Below, piece after piece: positions 8,447 through 16,899 of a DNA stretch of 64,000 nt. Origin of the DNA: Alphaproteobacteria bacterium (GTDB lineage Bacteria > Pseudomonadota > Alphaproteobacteria > MPNO01); the NCBI GenBank assembly GCA_964291675.2, contig OZ219866.1, forward strand, positions 992,001 to 1,056,000, given 5' to 3'. Each line of letters begins with the position of its first letter. Positions within the stretch are counted from its first letter, which is position 1. The notes under the pieces are model-generated. The model was not told the DNA's origin, made no database searches, and was given only the letters and a program-made list of their open reading frames with translations. The translations under genes and the position numbers were made by a program.

Positions 8447-8463
8447 TGCGACATAGTGTCGCA
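8447..8463. promoter_or_regulatory. Perfect palindrome TGCGACA-TAG-TGTCGCA, RegA/RegR/PrrA-box-like
   Basis: GCGAC-N5-GTCGC core in the cenR / L,D-transpeptidase divergent intergenic region. Confidence 0.55.
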
Positions 8464-8562
8464 ACCTTCGGTCGGGTAGAGGCCGAAGCGTTCGCCCAAG
8501 GGCTGCTCCGCCGGCGGGGCGGCGGGTTGCGGGGCCGGGCGGCGGCGGGGTAACAAGCCGCC

Positions 8563-9057
8563 ATGACGCTGACGGTGGGCGCCGACGGGAAGGCGGTCTG
8601 GCGCGGGCGCGCGCTGCGCTGCGCGATCGGGCGGGGCGGCATCGCCCGGGCCAAGGCGGAGGGCGACGGCGCGACCCCGGCCGGGCGCTTCCCGCTGCGC
8701 CGCGTGCTTTACCGCGCCGACCGGATCGGCGCGCCGCGCACCGCGCTGGCCCGCGCCGCCATCGACCCCGCCGACGGCTGGTGCGACGCGCCGGAGGATG
8801 CGCGCTACAACCGGGCGGTGCGCCACCCCTACCGGGCGCGGGCCGAGCGGCTGTGGCGCGCCGAGGGGTGTTACGACCTGCTCGCGGTGATCGGCTTCAA
8901 CGACGATCCCGTGGTGGCGGGGGCGGGCAGCGCCATCTTCCTCCACGTCGCCCGGCCCGATTTCGCGCCGACCGAGGGCTGCGTCGCGCTCGCCCTCGGC
9001 GACCTGCGCGAGGTCCTCGCCGGCTGGCAAGCGGAAGACCGGATCGCGATCGGCTAG
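8563..9057 (+). CDS. L,D-transpeptidase (YkuD-like) family protein
   Basis: 'CAIGRGG...K.EGDGATPAG', 'GWCDAP....YN', 'GSAIFLH......PTEGCVAL' with catalytic His/Cys. Confidence 0.88.
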   Translation: MTLTVGADGKAVWRGRALRCAIGRGGIARAKAEGDGATPAGRFPLRRVLYRADRIGAPRTALARAAIDPADGWCDAPEDARYNRAVRHPYRARAERLWRAEGCYDLLAVIGFNDDPVVAGAGSAIFLHVARPDFAPTEGCVALALGDLREVLAGWQAEDRIAIG

Positions 9058-9064
9058 CCCCGCC

Positions 9065-9475
9065 TCAGACCGCGGCGATCGTCTGGACCTCGATCAGGAA
9101 CGGCTCCTGCACCAGCCGGTCGACCAGCAGGAGCGTGTTGGGCGGATACCTGCCGTCAGGGAACATTTTCGGGAACTCGCGCAGCCGGAACTTCATGAAT
9201 TCCGGGATCCACTGCGAATGCACCATATAGGTGGTGAACTGGACGACATTGCCCCAGCCCGCCCCGGCCGAGTCCAGCGCCGCGCGGATATTGGCGAAGA
9301 CCTGGACGCATTGCGCGTCGAAATCGCGCTCGCCGACGATGTTGCCCTCGGGGTCGGCCGACAGCATGCCGGCGATGAACAGGAACTCCGACGCCTTGAC
9401 GCGCGTCACATGGGTGTACTGGCCCAGCGGCGCGCCGAGCGCCTCGGGGTTGTAGATGTCGATATCGGCCGTCAT
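9065..9475 (-). CDS. Rid (YjgF) family protein lacking the catalytic Arg
   Basis: 'NPEALGAPLGQYTH', 'LFIAGM', 'QVFANI..AL.SAGA.W.NVV', 'YPPNTLL.V.RL..EPFLIEVQ'. Confidence 0.85.
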   Translation of the reverse strand: MTADIDIYNPEALGAPLGQYTHVTRVKASEFLFIAGMLSADPEGNIVGERDFDAQCVQVFANIRAALDSAGAGWGNVVQFTTYMVHSQWIPEFMKFRLREFPKMFPDGRYPPNTLLLVDRLVQEPFLIEVQTIAAV

Positions 9476-9552
9476 CGTGCTGTGCCTCCCTTTGCCGGAA
9501 GCGCGATCAAGCCCGTTCGCGGCCGCCCGATCAAGCCAGCGCGCATGTCTCA

Positions 9553-9632
9553 CCCCTGTCACGGCCTGCGTCGCGCCCGGGCGCCTCTCCTGCCCTGTCG
9601 GCCGGACAGCGCCGCGCAGGCCATGACAGGGG
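9553..9632. repeat. 80-bp palindromic element (REP/MITE-like), 24-bp arms with 21/24 match
   Basis: CCCCTGTCACGGCCTGCGTCGCGC ... GCGCCGCGCAGGCCATGACAGGGG in an intergenic region. Confidence 0.65.
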
Positions 9633-9645
9633 CGGGAAATGCGGG

Positions 9646-10344
9646 CTATGGCGCCATCGTTCTCACATTCGAGCGCAGCGCGCGGTGGTCGACGACGCCT
9701 TTGACGCCGGCGATCTCCTCGGCCAGCACCTTCGAGGCGGCGCGCTCGGACTCCGAGCCGACCACCCCCCAGAACTCGACCGTGCCCTGCTTCACCGTCA
9801 CGCTGGTGGTGCCGTAGCTCGCCCAGGGCTGTTCCGACAGCGCCCTGTCGACCGCCCGGCGGATCGCCTCGTCGTCCGCGTCGCTGTCGATCGACACCGT
9901 GCCCGCCGAAGCGATCTCGCGGATGATGTTGGCGCGGCTGATCAGCCCCACCACCCTGCCGTCGTCGACGATCGGCACCCGCTTGATGTGGTTGCGCTCC
10001 AGCGTCTCGGCGACCTCCGACAGCGACGCCTCGGGGCCGACCGAGATGACCGGCGCGGTCATCACGTCGCGCGCCGTTCTGCCATGCGCCTTGGTGAAGT
10101 CCTCGGCAAGGTCCGAGGGGTCGCGCCACAAATTGAGCCACCATGAGCCGGAGGGCTTTTCGGTGCCGATCTCCGGCCGGCGCAGGAGGTCGCCCTCGCT
10201 CACGATGCCGAGCAGCGTACCGTCTCCCTCCACCACAGGGACCGCGCTGATGTGGTGGTCGGTGAGCTTTTGCGCGATCGCCGTGACCGGTTCGTCCGGC
10301 CCGGCCGTCACTACGCGGCTGGTCATGATGTCTTTCGCCTTCAT
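9646..10344 (-). CDS. CBS-pair + BON domain protein
   Basis: 'MKAKDIMT..V', 'ISAVPVV..DG.LLGIVSEGDLLRR.E', 'IKRVPIV', C-terminal BON 'VTVKQGTVEFWG...AEEIAGVKGVVDH'. Confidence 0.9.
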   Translation of the reverse strand: MKAKDIMTSRVVTAGPDEPVTAIAQKLTDHHISAVPVVEGDGTLLGIVSEGDLLRRPEIGTEKPSGSWWLNLWRDPSDLAEDFTKAHGRTARDVMTAPVISVGPEASLSEVAETLERNHIKRVPIVDDGRVVGLISRANIIREIASAGTVSIDSDADDEAIRRAVDRALSEQPWASYGTTSVTVKQGTVEFWGVVGSESERAASKVLAEEIAGVKGVVDHRALRSNVRTMAP

Positions 10345-10460
10345 CGCCTGCCTCCCGTCCCTCGCGGAGCCGCCGACCGATCCTCGCCGCCGCGCCGGTC
10401 AAGCACATTGACCTGGATCAAGCGGGCGTGTTGTCGTCCGAGGCAGTATCGGGAGCGTAG

Positions 10461-11921
10461 ATGACGCAGCCAACCGAGATCTTCTTCCTGACCGCCCGGG
10501 AGCATGCGAGGCGCCCGGCGGTCGCGGTGCAGCCCGGCGCGCCGCTGCGCGAGGTCGTCGGCCGCATGGCGACGGAGAAGGCATCCGCCGTCGTGGCCGT
10601 CGACGGCGACGGCCGGCCGGCCGGGATCGTCACCGAGCGGGACATCGTCCGCCGCGCGACCTTCGCGGCCCCGCCCGAGCAGCCGGTGCGCGACCTGATG
10701 TCCTGGCCCGTCCGCTGCATCCGGGAGGACGAGCACCTGTTCATCGCCATCGCCCGGATGCGCCGGCTCGGCCACCGCCACATGCCGGTGATCGACGGCG
10801 AGGGACGGCTTGCCGGAATCCTCGACCTGCACGACGCGATGGGCCGCGCGGCGCGCGGCATGGTCGTCATGATCGACGACCTGACGCGCGACGACAGCGA
10901 CGACGGGCTGCGCGAGATCAAGGCCGCCCAGGTACGGGTCGCCGACACCCTGTTCGCCGCCAATGTCGCCGTCGGCGACATCCAGGCGACGCTGAGCCAC
11001 GTCAACAACGACATCTATGCTCGCCTGCTGGAGCGCAACCTCGCGGCGATGGCGGACGAGGGGATGGGTTCCCCTCCGGCGCCGTTCGCGATGATCATCA
11101 TGGGCTCCGGCGGGCGCCACGAGAACTTCTTGACCCCCGACCAGGATTACGGCTTCGTCATCGAGGACGGCGCGGATGCGCTCGGCGAGCGGGAAGATGG
11201 CTGGTTCGCCGCGCTCGCCGAGCGCCTGTCGCGCGACCTCGACGCGGTGGGGCTGCCCTATTGCGACGGCGGGGTGATGGCGACCAACCCGCAATGGCGC
11301 AAGACGCTCGCGGGGTGGAAGGATCAGGTCGACACGTGGTGTCGCCGGGCGCGCATCGACCCGCTGCTCGATTTCGACATCTTCTTCGACTTCCGCCTGG
11401 GCTGGGGCGATGCCCGGCTTGCCGCCGCGCTCAGGGAGCACGTCACCCGGCGGACGGCCGGCAACGAGGCGTTCCTGCGCGAGCTCCACGCCACCAGCCG
11501 GGACCACGGGACCGCGCTCGCCTGGTTCGGACGCTTCGCCACCGAGCGCGCCGATCCCGCCCATCGCGGCAAGGTGAACCTGAAGATGCACGGCACGCTG
11601 CCGCTGGTCACCGCGGCGCGTCTGTTCGCGCTGCGCGACGGCGTGGCGGAGACCGGCACGCGCGAACGCCTCGCCGCCTGCCATGCGGCCGGGGTGCTGA
11701 ACGATGCCGAGCACGACGATCTCGACGCCGCCCGGCAGACGATCTGCCGCCTGCTGCTGGGCCGCCAGCTGGTCGATTTCAGCGCCGGCGCGGCGGTCTC
11801 CAACTTCGTCGACCCCGCCGCGTTCACCCCGCGGCGCAAGCGCCAGCTGCGCGAGGCGCTGCGCGCCGTCGAGCGCCTGCGCAAGCGCATGGCGGTCGAG
11901 TTCGGCGGCGAGCCGATCTGA
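10461..11921 (+). CDS. CBS + DUF294 putative nucleotidyltransferase (COG2905-like, no cNMP domain)
   Basis: N-terminal CBS pair ('GIVTERDIV', 'RHMPV'). NTase motif 'MGSGGRHE...PDQD', 'C.GGVMATNP.WR', 'IFFDFR', 'NLK.HG'. Confidence 0.88.
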   Translation: MTQPTEIFFLTAREHARRPAVAVQPGAPLREVVGRMATEKASAVVAVDGDGRPAGIVTERDIVRRATFAAPPEQPVRDLMSWPVRCIREDEHLFIAIARMRRLGHRHMPVIDGEGRLAGILDLHDAMGRAARGMVVMIDDLTRDDSDDGLREIKAAQVRVADTLFAANVAVGDIQATLSHVNNDIYARLLERNLAAMADEGMGSPPAPFAMIIMGSGGRHENFLTPDQDYGFVIEDGADALGEREDGWFAALAERLSRDLDAVGLPYCDGGVMATNPQWRKTLAGWKDQVDTWCRRARIDPLLDFDIFFDFRLGWGDARLAAALREHVTRRTAGNEAFLRELHATSRDHGTALAWFGRFATERADPAHRGKVNLKMHGTLPLVTAARLFALRDGVAETGTRERLAACHAAGVLNDAEHDDLDAARQTICRLLLGRQLVDFSAGAAVSNFVDPAAFTPRRKRQLREALRAVERLRKRMAVEFGGEPI

Positions 11922-11930
11922 GTCCTGTGC

Positions 11931-12854
11931 TCAGTATTTGAGGTCGAGGCCGCGACGGCGGCGGATGCGCGCCGAGGCCTGGAGCACCTGGCCGAGCGTG
12001 GCGATGCCGCGCGCCTCCAGCCGCGGCAGCATCTTGCAGAACACCCGGGCCGTGGCGATCGAGTCGCCGAGCGCGGTGTGGCGGCCTTCCACCCCGATCC
12101 CGAGCCGTTCGGCGATCGCATCGAGCGAGTGGTTCTGCGAGAGAGGGTCGAGAAAAACCGAGATCAGCAGCGTATCCAGCACCAGGTTGGCGAATTCGAT
12201 GCCCGTTCCTTCCTCCTTCATGCGCAGGAACGCCATGTCGAAATCGGCGTTGTGCGCGACCAGAACGGCGTCGCCGACATAGGCGTGGAACGCCGGCAGG
12301 ACCTCGCCGATGGGCGGTTCGCCCGCGACCATGTCGTCGGTGATCCCGTGGAAGCGGATCGAGGCGCGCGGGATCGTCCGGCCCGGGTTCACCAGCCGCG
12401 AGAACGCGTCCGCCTCCTCGACCTCGCCGTCGCGGCAGCGCACCGCCGCGATCGAGATGATCTCGTCGCCCTCCGACGGCCTGAGCCCGGTGGTCTCGGT
12501 ATCGAACACCACGTAGCGCAGCGCCGCCAGCTTGCGCCCGTCGAGCTCGTCGCCGTGGAACGGCTGCTCGAAGCTGGGCCCGCCGTGGAATTCGGGCCGG
12601 GCGGGGAGGCCGCGGCGGTCGTGAAGCCGGGCGAGGATCACCCGGTCGGTCAGCGCCCACAACCCGGCCATGGCCAGGGCGAGCACGGCCAGCGCGGCCC
12701 AGACGACGCCCACGGGAACGCCGGTCCCGCCGCCCGCCAGCGCCTCCGGCCAGACCAGCGCCGCGATTGTGAGAACCAGCACTGCACCCGCCACCGCCCC
12801 GGCCCAGAGCAGGCCGATGGCGCTCCGTATACCCATCTCGTGCAGCAGTCGCAT
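11931..12854 (-). CDS. Membrane-anchored DEDDh 3'-5' exonuclease (DnaQ-like)
   Basis: Two N-terminal hydrophobic helices. ExoI 'VFDTETTG', ExoII 'AHNADFD', ExoIII 'RHTALGD'. Confidence 0.88.
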   Translation of the reverse strand: MRLLHEMGIRSAIGLLWAGAVAGAVLVLTIAALVWPEALAGGGTGVPVGVVWAALAVLALAMAGLWALTDRVILARLHDRRGLPARPEFHGGPSFEQPFHGDELDGRKLAALRYVVFDTETTGLRPSEGDEIISIAAVRCRDGEVEEADAFSRLVNPGRTIPRASIRFHGITDDMVAGEPPIGEVLPAFHAYVGDAVLVAHNADFDMAFLRMKEEGTGIEFANLVLDTLLISVFLDPLSQNHSLDAIAERLGIGVEGRHTALGDSIATARVFCKMLPRLEARGIATLGQVLQASARIRRRRGLDLKY

Positions 12855-12883
12855 ACCCGTCTCCCCGACGGGGCGGCCGCGCG

Positions 12884-13678
12884 CTACACCGCGACCCGCG
12901 CCCTGATGTGCGCCTGCGGGCGATAGTCCTCGATCGCGATGTCCTCGGCGGTGAAGTCGAACAGGTCGCGCCGGTCCGGGTTGAGGCGGAGCCTGGGCAG
13001 CTTGCCCGGTATGCGCGAGAGCTGCTCGTCGGCCTGGTCGAGGTGATCGAGATAGAGATGGGCGTCGCCCAATGTGTGGACGAAATCGCCCGGCTCGAGG
13101 TCGCAGACATGGGCGACGAGATGGGTGAGCAGGGCGTAGCTCGCGATGTTGAAGGGAACGCCCAGGAATATGTCCGCGCTGCGCTGGTAGAGCTGGCAGG
13201 AGAGCCTGCCCCCGGCGACGTGGAACTGGAACAGGCAGTGGCAGGGCGGCAGCGCCATGGCGTCGAGCTCGGCGACATTCCACGCGCTCACCACCAGCCG
13301 GCGCGAGTCGGGGTCGCTCCGGATCTCCTCCACAACCCGGGCGATCTGGTCCACCGCAGACCCGTCCGCGTTCGGCCAGGACCGCCATTGCCGCCCGTAG
13401 ACCGGCCCGAGCTCGCCGTCGGCGTCCGCCCACGCGTCCCAGATCGTGACCCCGTTCCGGTTGAGGTAGCCGATATTGGTGTCGCCCGCGAGGAACCACA
13501 GGAGCTCGTGGACGATCGAGGGCCGGTGCAGGCGCTTGGTGGTCAGCAGGGGAAATCCGTCCGCGAGGTCGAAGCGCATCTGGTAGCCGAAGACGCCCTT
13601 GGTCCCGGTGCCCGTGCGGTCGCCGCGGACCGCGCCGCGCTCGCGCACATGACGCATCAGATCGAGATATTGCCGCAT
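12884..13678 (-). CDS. thyA: Thymidylate synthase
   Basis: 'MRQYLDLM', 'DRTGTGT', 'ELLWFL.G', 'SRR..VSAWN', 'LPPCH', '[17 protein letters not shown]'. Confidence 0.98.
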   Translation of the reverse strand: MRQYLDLMRHVRERGAVRGDRTGTGTKGVFGYQMRFDLADGFPLLTTKRLHRPSIVHELLWFLAGDTNIGYLNRNGVTIWDAWADADGELGPVYGRQWRSWPNADGSAVDQIARVVEEIRSDPDSRRLVVSAWNVAELDAMALPPCHCLFQFHVAGGRLSCQLYQRSADIFLGVPFNIASYALLTHLVAHVCDLEPGDFVHTLGDAHLYLDHLDQADEQLSRIPGKLPRLRLNPDRRDLFDFTAEDIAIEDYRPQAHIRARVAV

Positions 13679-13710
13679 GCCACCCCCCGTATCCCGACCC
13701 CGCGTCCGGT

Positions 13711-13738
13711 TTGAATTGGCCGCGAAGCGTCCTATATT
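13711..13738 (+). promoter_or_regulatory. ssrA promoter
   Basis: TTGAAT (13711-13716), 16 nt, TATATT (13733-13738), just upstream of the tmRNA. Confidence 0.6.
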
Positions 13739-13744
13739 GTCAAT

Positions 13745-14030
13745 GCCGGTCAGCCGGCTATGGCGATAAACGGCTTGTGCAATAAGCGAAGCGGACCCGG
13801 GGGCAGTACCCGGCGCCTCCACCAAACCTCTTTCCCGCCGCCTCGGCGCGGGCTTCATGGGGGCGAAACAGGATCGACGCGCGTGTAAAGACTCGCTTTT
13901 CGCCCGGCATGGTACCGCCGTTATCGGGCCGACCTGAAAGATGCCAACGACAACGACGTGGCACTCGCTGCCTAGCTTGGCTGGGTAAGCGCGGTTCGGG
14001 GGGCGCCGGGCAACAGAAGCCCCCCACTCT
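13745..14030 (+). ncRNA. ssrA: Two-piece (circularly permuted) tmRNA, tag peptide (A)[10 protein letters not shown]
   Basis: Acceptor piece ends GACCCGGGGGCAGTACCCGGCGCCTCCACCA (CCA at 13822-13824). Spacer 13825-13858. Coding piece starts GGGGGCGAAACAGGATCGAC at 13859 (G3.U70 Ala identity pair). Tag ORF 13943-13975. Outer ends approximate. Confidence 0.95.
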
Positions 14031-14057
14031 CGGACCCGCCGGCGCTGTCAGGTCAGG

Positions 14058-14525
14058 GTGATGTCGAACACCGAAGAGTCTCTCGTCCCGTATCAGGAGA
14101 TGGTGGAACGCGCGCTGCGGAGCGTGGTGCGCGACGCGCTCGCCCGCGTCGAGCAGCAGGGGCTGCCCGGCAGCCACCACTACTACATCTCCTTCCTGAC
14201 CGGGCACGACGGCGTGACGATTCCCGACCGTCTCCGCGCGCGCTACCCGGACGAGATGACCATCGTGCTGCAGCACCGGTTCTGGGGGCTGGAAGCCGGG
14301 GATGACGGGTTCTCGGTCACGCTATCCTTCGGCGGCCAGTCGGAGCGCCTCGCCGTGCCCTACGAATCGGTGACCGCCTTCATGGACCCCGCGGTCGATT
14401 TCGGCCTCCGCTTCGGTCCCCAGCCGGACGGCGACGCGGGCGATGCGCCGGACGACGGGGACGGGGAGCAACCGCAAGCCGGCGCCGGAACCGTGGTCAC
14501 GCTCGACAGCTTCCGCAAGACCTGA
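14058..14525 (+). CDS. sspB: ClpXP adaptor SspB (alpha type)
   Basis: 'ALR.VVR..L', 'LPG.HH.YISF.T', 'YPDEMTIVLQH.FW', C-terminal 'VVTLDSFRK'. Adjacent to ssrA. Confidence 0.93.
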   Translation: MMSNTEESLVPYQEMVERALRSVVRDALARVEQQGLPGSHHYYISFLTGHDGVTIPDRLRARYPDEMTIVLQHRFWGLEAGDDGFSVTLSFGGQSERLAVPYESVTAFMDPAVDFGLRFGPQPDGDAGDAPDDGDGEQPQAGAGTVVTLDSFRKT

Positions 14526-14607
14526 CGAGGCACAGGCGCCGGGCGAACCGGCACCGCCGTGAATCGGCTATGATGGGTTGCGTTGCAGCAATCGGTCGGG
14601 TGGGGCC

Positions 14608-15414
14608 ATGGCGGAGCTGGAAATCGGCGTGATCGGGGCGGCCGGCCGGATGGGGGCCGCGGTCGTGCAGGAGATATGCGACACCGAAGGCTGCGCGCTG
14701 GTCGCCGCCGCCGACGCCGCCGGGCATCCGGCGATCGGCGAGGACGCGGGGTCGCGCGCGGGCGTCGGCGCGCTCGGCATCCCGATCGGCGACGATGCGG
14801 CCTCGGTGTTCCAGCGCGCCCGGGTGGCGATCGAGTTCTCGCTGCCCGATGCGACGACCCGGCACGCGGCGATGGCGGGAGAGGCGGGCACCCCGCATGT
14901 CATCGGCACGACCGGTCTCGATGCGGCGCAGGAGCGCGCGATCGGCGCGGCCGCCGAAGGCGCGCCCATCGTGATCGCGCCCAATATGAGCCTCGCGGTC
15001 AACATCCTGTTCGCGCTCACCCGCCAGGTCGCCGGCATCCTCGACGACCGCTTCGACATCGAGATCGTCGAGATGCACCACAAGCACAAGGTCGATGCGC
15101 CGTCCGGCACGGCGATCGGCCTCGGCCGCGCCGCCGCGGAAGGCCGCGGGGTCGCGCTCGACGCGGTCGCCCAGATGACGCGCGAGGGCCATACCGGCGC
15201 CCGCGGCCGGGGCGATATCGGCTTCGCGGTGCTGCGCGGCGGCGACGTGGTGGGCGACCACTCGGTGGTGTTCGCGGTCGAGGGCGAGCGGCTGGAGCTC
15301 ACCCACAAGGCCTCTTCGCGGCGCATTTTTTCGCGCGGCGCGGTGCACGCGGCGCGCTGGGCCGCGACCCGGGAGCCCGGCCTCTACGGCATGGCGGACG
15401 TGCTCGGCCTGTGA
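14608..15414 (+). CDS. dapB: 4-hydroxy-tetrahydrodipicolinate reductase
   Basis: 'GAAGRMG', 'VIGTTG', 'EMHHKHKVDAPSGTA', 'RGGDVVGDH'. Confidence 0.97.
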   Translation: MAELEIGVIGAAGRMGAAVVQEICDTEGCALVAAADAAGHPAIGEDAGSRAGVGALGIPIGDDAASVFQRARVAIEFSLPDATTRHAAMAGEAGTPHVIGTTGLDAAQERAIGAAAEGAPIVIAPNMSLAVNILFALTRQVAGILDDRFDIEIVEMHHKHKVDAPSGTAIGLGRAAAEGRGVALDAVAQMTREGHTGARGRGDIGFAVLRGGDVVGDHSVVFAVEGERLELTHKASSRRIFSRGAVHAARWAATREPGLYGMADVLGL

Positions 15415-15418
15415 CCGG

Positions 15419-16279
15419 TCACGCGGCCGTATCCGGAGCGGCTGCGTGCCGGCGGCCGGCCTCCCGCGCGATCAGGGCCCGCTTGCGCGCGCTGCCCCAG
15501 CGATAGCCGGTCTCGAACCGCCCCGACGCCCGGATCGCGCGGTGGCAGGGGATCAGCACGGCGATCGGGTTGGCGCCCACCGCCCGTCCCACCGCGCGGC
15601 CCGCGCCCGGTCTGCCGATCGCCCGCGCGATCTCGCCGTAGCTCACGAGCCGCCCCGGCGGCACCCGCAGCAGCGCCTCCCAGACCTTGATCTGGAAATT
15701 GGTGCCGCGCGCCCACAGGCGGATCGGCGAGGCGCCGGCCTCGCCGCCCCGGGCCAGCGCCTCGCCCGCGCAACGCCAGGTCTGCGCCGCGTCCTCGACG
15801 AGCCGCGCATGGGGCCAGGCGGCGGCGAGCGCCGCCACCGGATCCTCGCCCTCCCGCTCGAAGGCGATGCGGCACACCCCGCGCTCCGTCGTCGCGGCCA
15901 GGAACCGTCCGAACGCGCCGTCATGGCGGCCGTAGCGGATTTCCAGACCGCGCCCGCCGGCGCCGATCTCGCCCGGCGTCGCGGCCTCCAGGGTGACGCA
16001 CAGATCGTGCAGCCGCCCCGGACCGGAAAGCCCGACATCGAGCGCGGCATCCAGCACCGAGCGCGCATCCATCAGCGCCTCGCGCGCATGGTCGAGGGTG
16101 ACGTAGCGGAGGAAGAGCTTCGGGCTCACCCCCGCCCAGGCGGTGAACAGGCGTTGCAGGTGGAAGGGGCTCATGCCGATGCCCGCCGCGACCTCGTCGA
16201 GCCCCGGCTGGCGAAGCCTGTGGTCCTCGATATAGCGGATCGCCCGCTCGATCCTCGCATAGGTCGCGTTCCCGTCCAT
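15419..16279 (-). CDS. ada: AraC-HTH / methylated-DNA-protein-cysteine methyltransferase (Ada-like)
   Basis: 'SPFHLQRLF..WAGVSPK', 'GTNFQIKVWEAL', active site 'IPCHR'. Confidence 0.85.
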   Translation of the reverse strand: MDGNATYARIERAIRYIEDHRLRQPGLDEVAAGIGMSPFHLQRLFTAWAGVSPKLFLRYVTLDHAREALMDARSVLDAALDVGLSGPGRLHDLCVTLEAATPGEIGAGGRGLEIRYGRHDGAFGRFLAATTERGVCRIAFEREGEDPVAALAAAWPHARLVEDAAQTWRCAGEALARGGEAGASPIRLWARGTNFQIKVWEALLRVPPGRLVSYGEIARAIGRPGAGRAVGRAVGANPIAVLIPCHRAIRASGRFETGYRWGSARKRALIAREAGRRHAAAPDTAA

Positions 16280-16326
16280 CGTCCCTGCCCTCGCCGTCTG
16301 CGCCTGCACGCCGACGATAGGAACGC

Positions 16327-16845
16327 CTAGCCGGCCGGGCCACCCGTATCTTGCGCTGCGCGGGCGCCCGCCGGCGGACGCCGCAGCCGCTCCAGAGCGG
16401 CGGTCAGGGCGCGCGCCAGCTCGAGCCGTTCCTCCGGCGCGAGGAAACCGCCGACCGCCAGGCGCCGGCCGTGCGAAGTCAGCACGAGCTGGCTTGCGTG
16501 CTCCGGCGGATCGTCCATCTCCACCCGCAGCCAGTAGGGCTGAAAGCGCCAGGACTGGTGACGGCGCCCCGGCCCGATCCGCTCGACGACCAGCGCGGTC
16601 TCGGTCAGAAGCAGGGTTTCGTGCATGCGGGCGCTGCGGTAATTCGCCTTGAACGCGACATAGATCAGCAACACGTCGAGCCCGAAAAAGCCCAGCACGG
16701 GCCAGGCGCCGATCAGCGCGAAGGCGAGGCCCGCGCCGAACGCCACCGCGACGATGGCCGCCATCAGGACGACGAACCCCCTGGGGCTCAGGCTGCGATG
16801 CGGCTCCAGCGTGGCCTGGAATATGGGTGCGGTCTCGGGGGCCAT
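16327..16845 (-). CDS. DUF2244 membrane protein
   Basis: 'L.PHRSLSPRGF', 'GAWPVLGFFGLDV...Y.AF..NYR', 'G.FL.PEER'. Divergent from nth. Confidence 0.88.
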   Translation of the reverse strand: MAPETAPIFQATLEPHRSLSPRGFVVLMAAIVAVAFGAGLAFALIGAWPVLGFFGLDVLLIYVAFKANYRSARMHETLLLTETALVVERIGPGRRHQSWRFQPYWLRVEMDDPPEHASQLVLTSHGRRLAVGGFLAPEERLELARALTAALERLRRPPAGARAAQDTGGPAG

Positions 16846-16899
16846 CGGCGGATCATAGGCCTCTCCCCTGCGCCGGCCAATCCGCGCTAGTCTTGCGCC

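Noticed and set aside
13791-13824. tRNA-like 3' end with CCA as a tRNA or prophage att site
   Set aside because: It is the acceptor piece of the permuted tmRNA; no duplicate or integrase is nearby.
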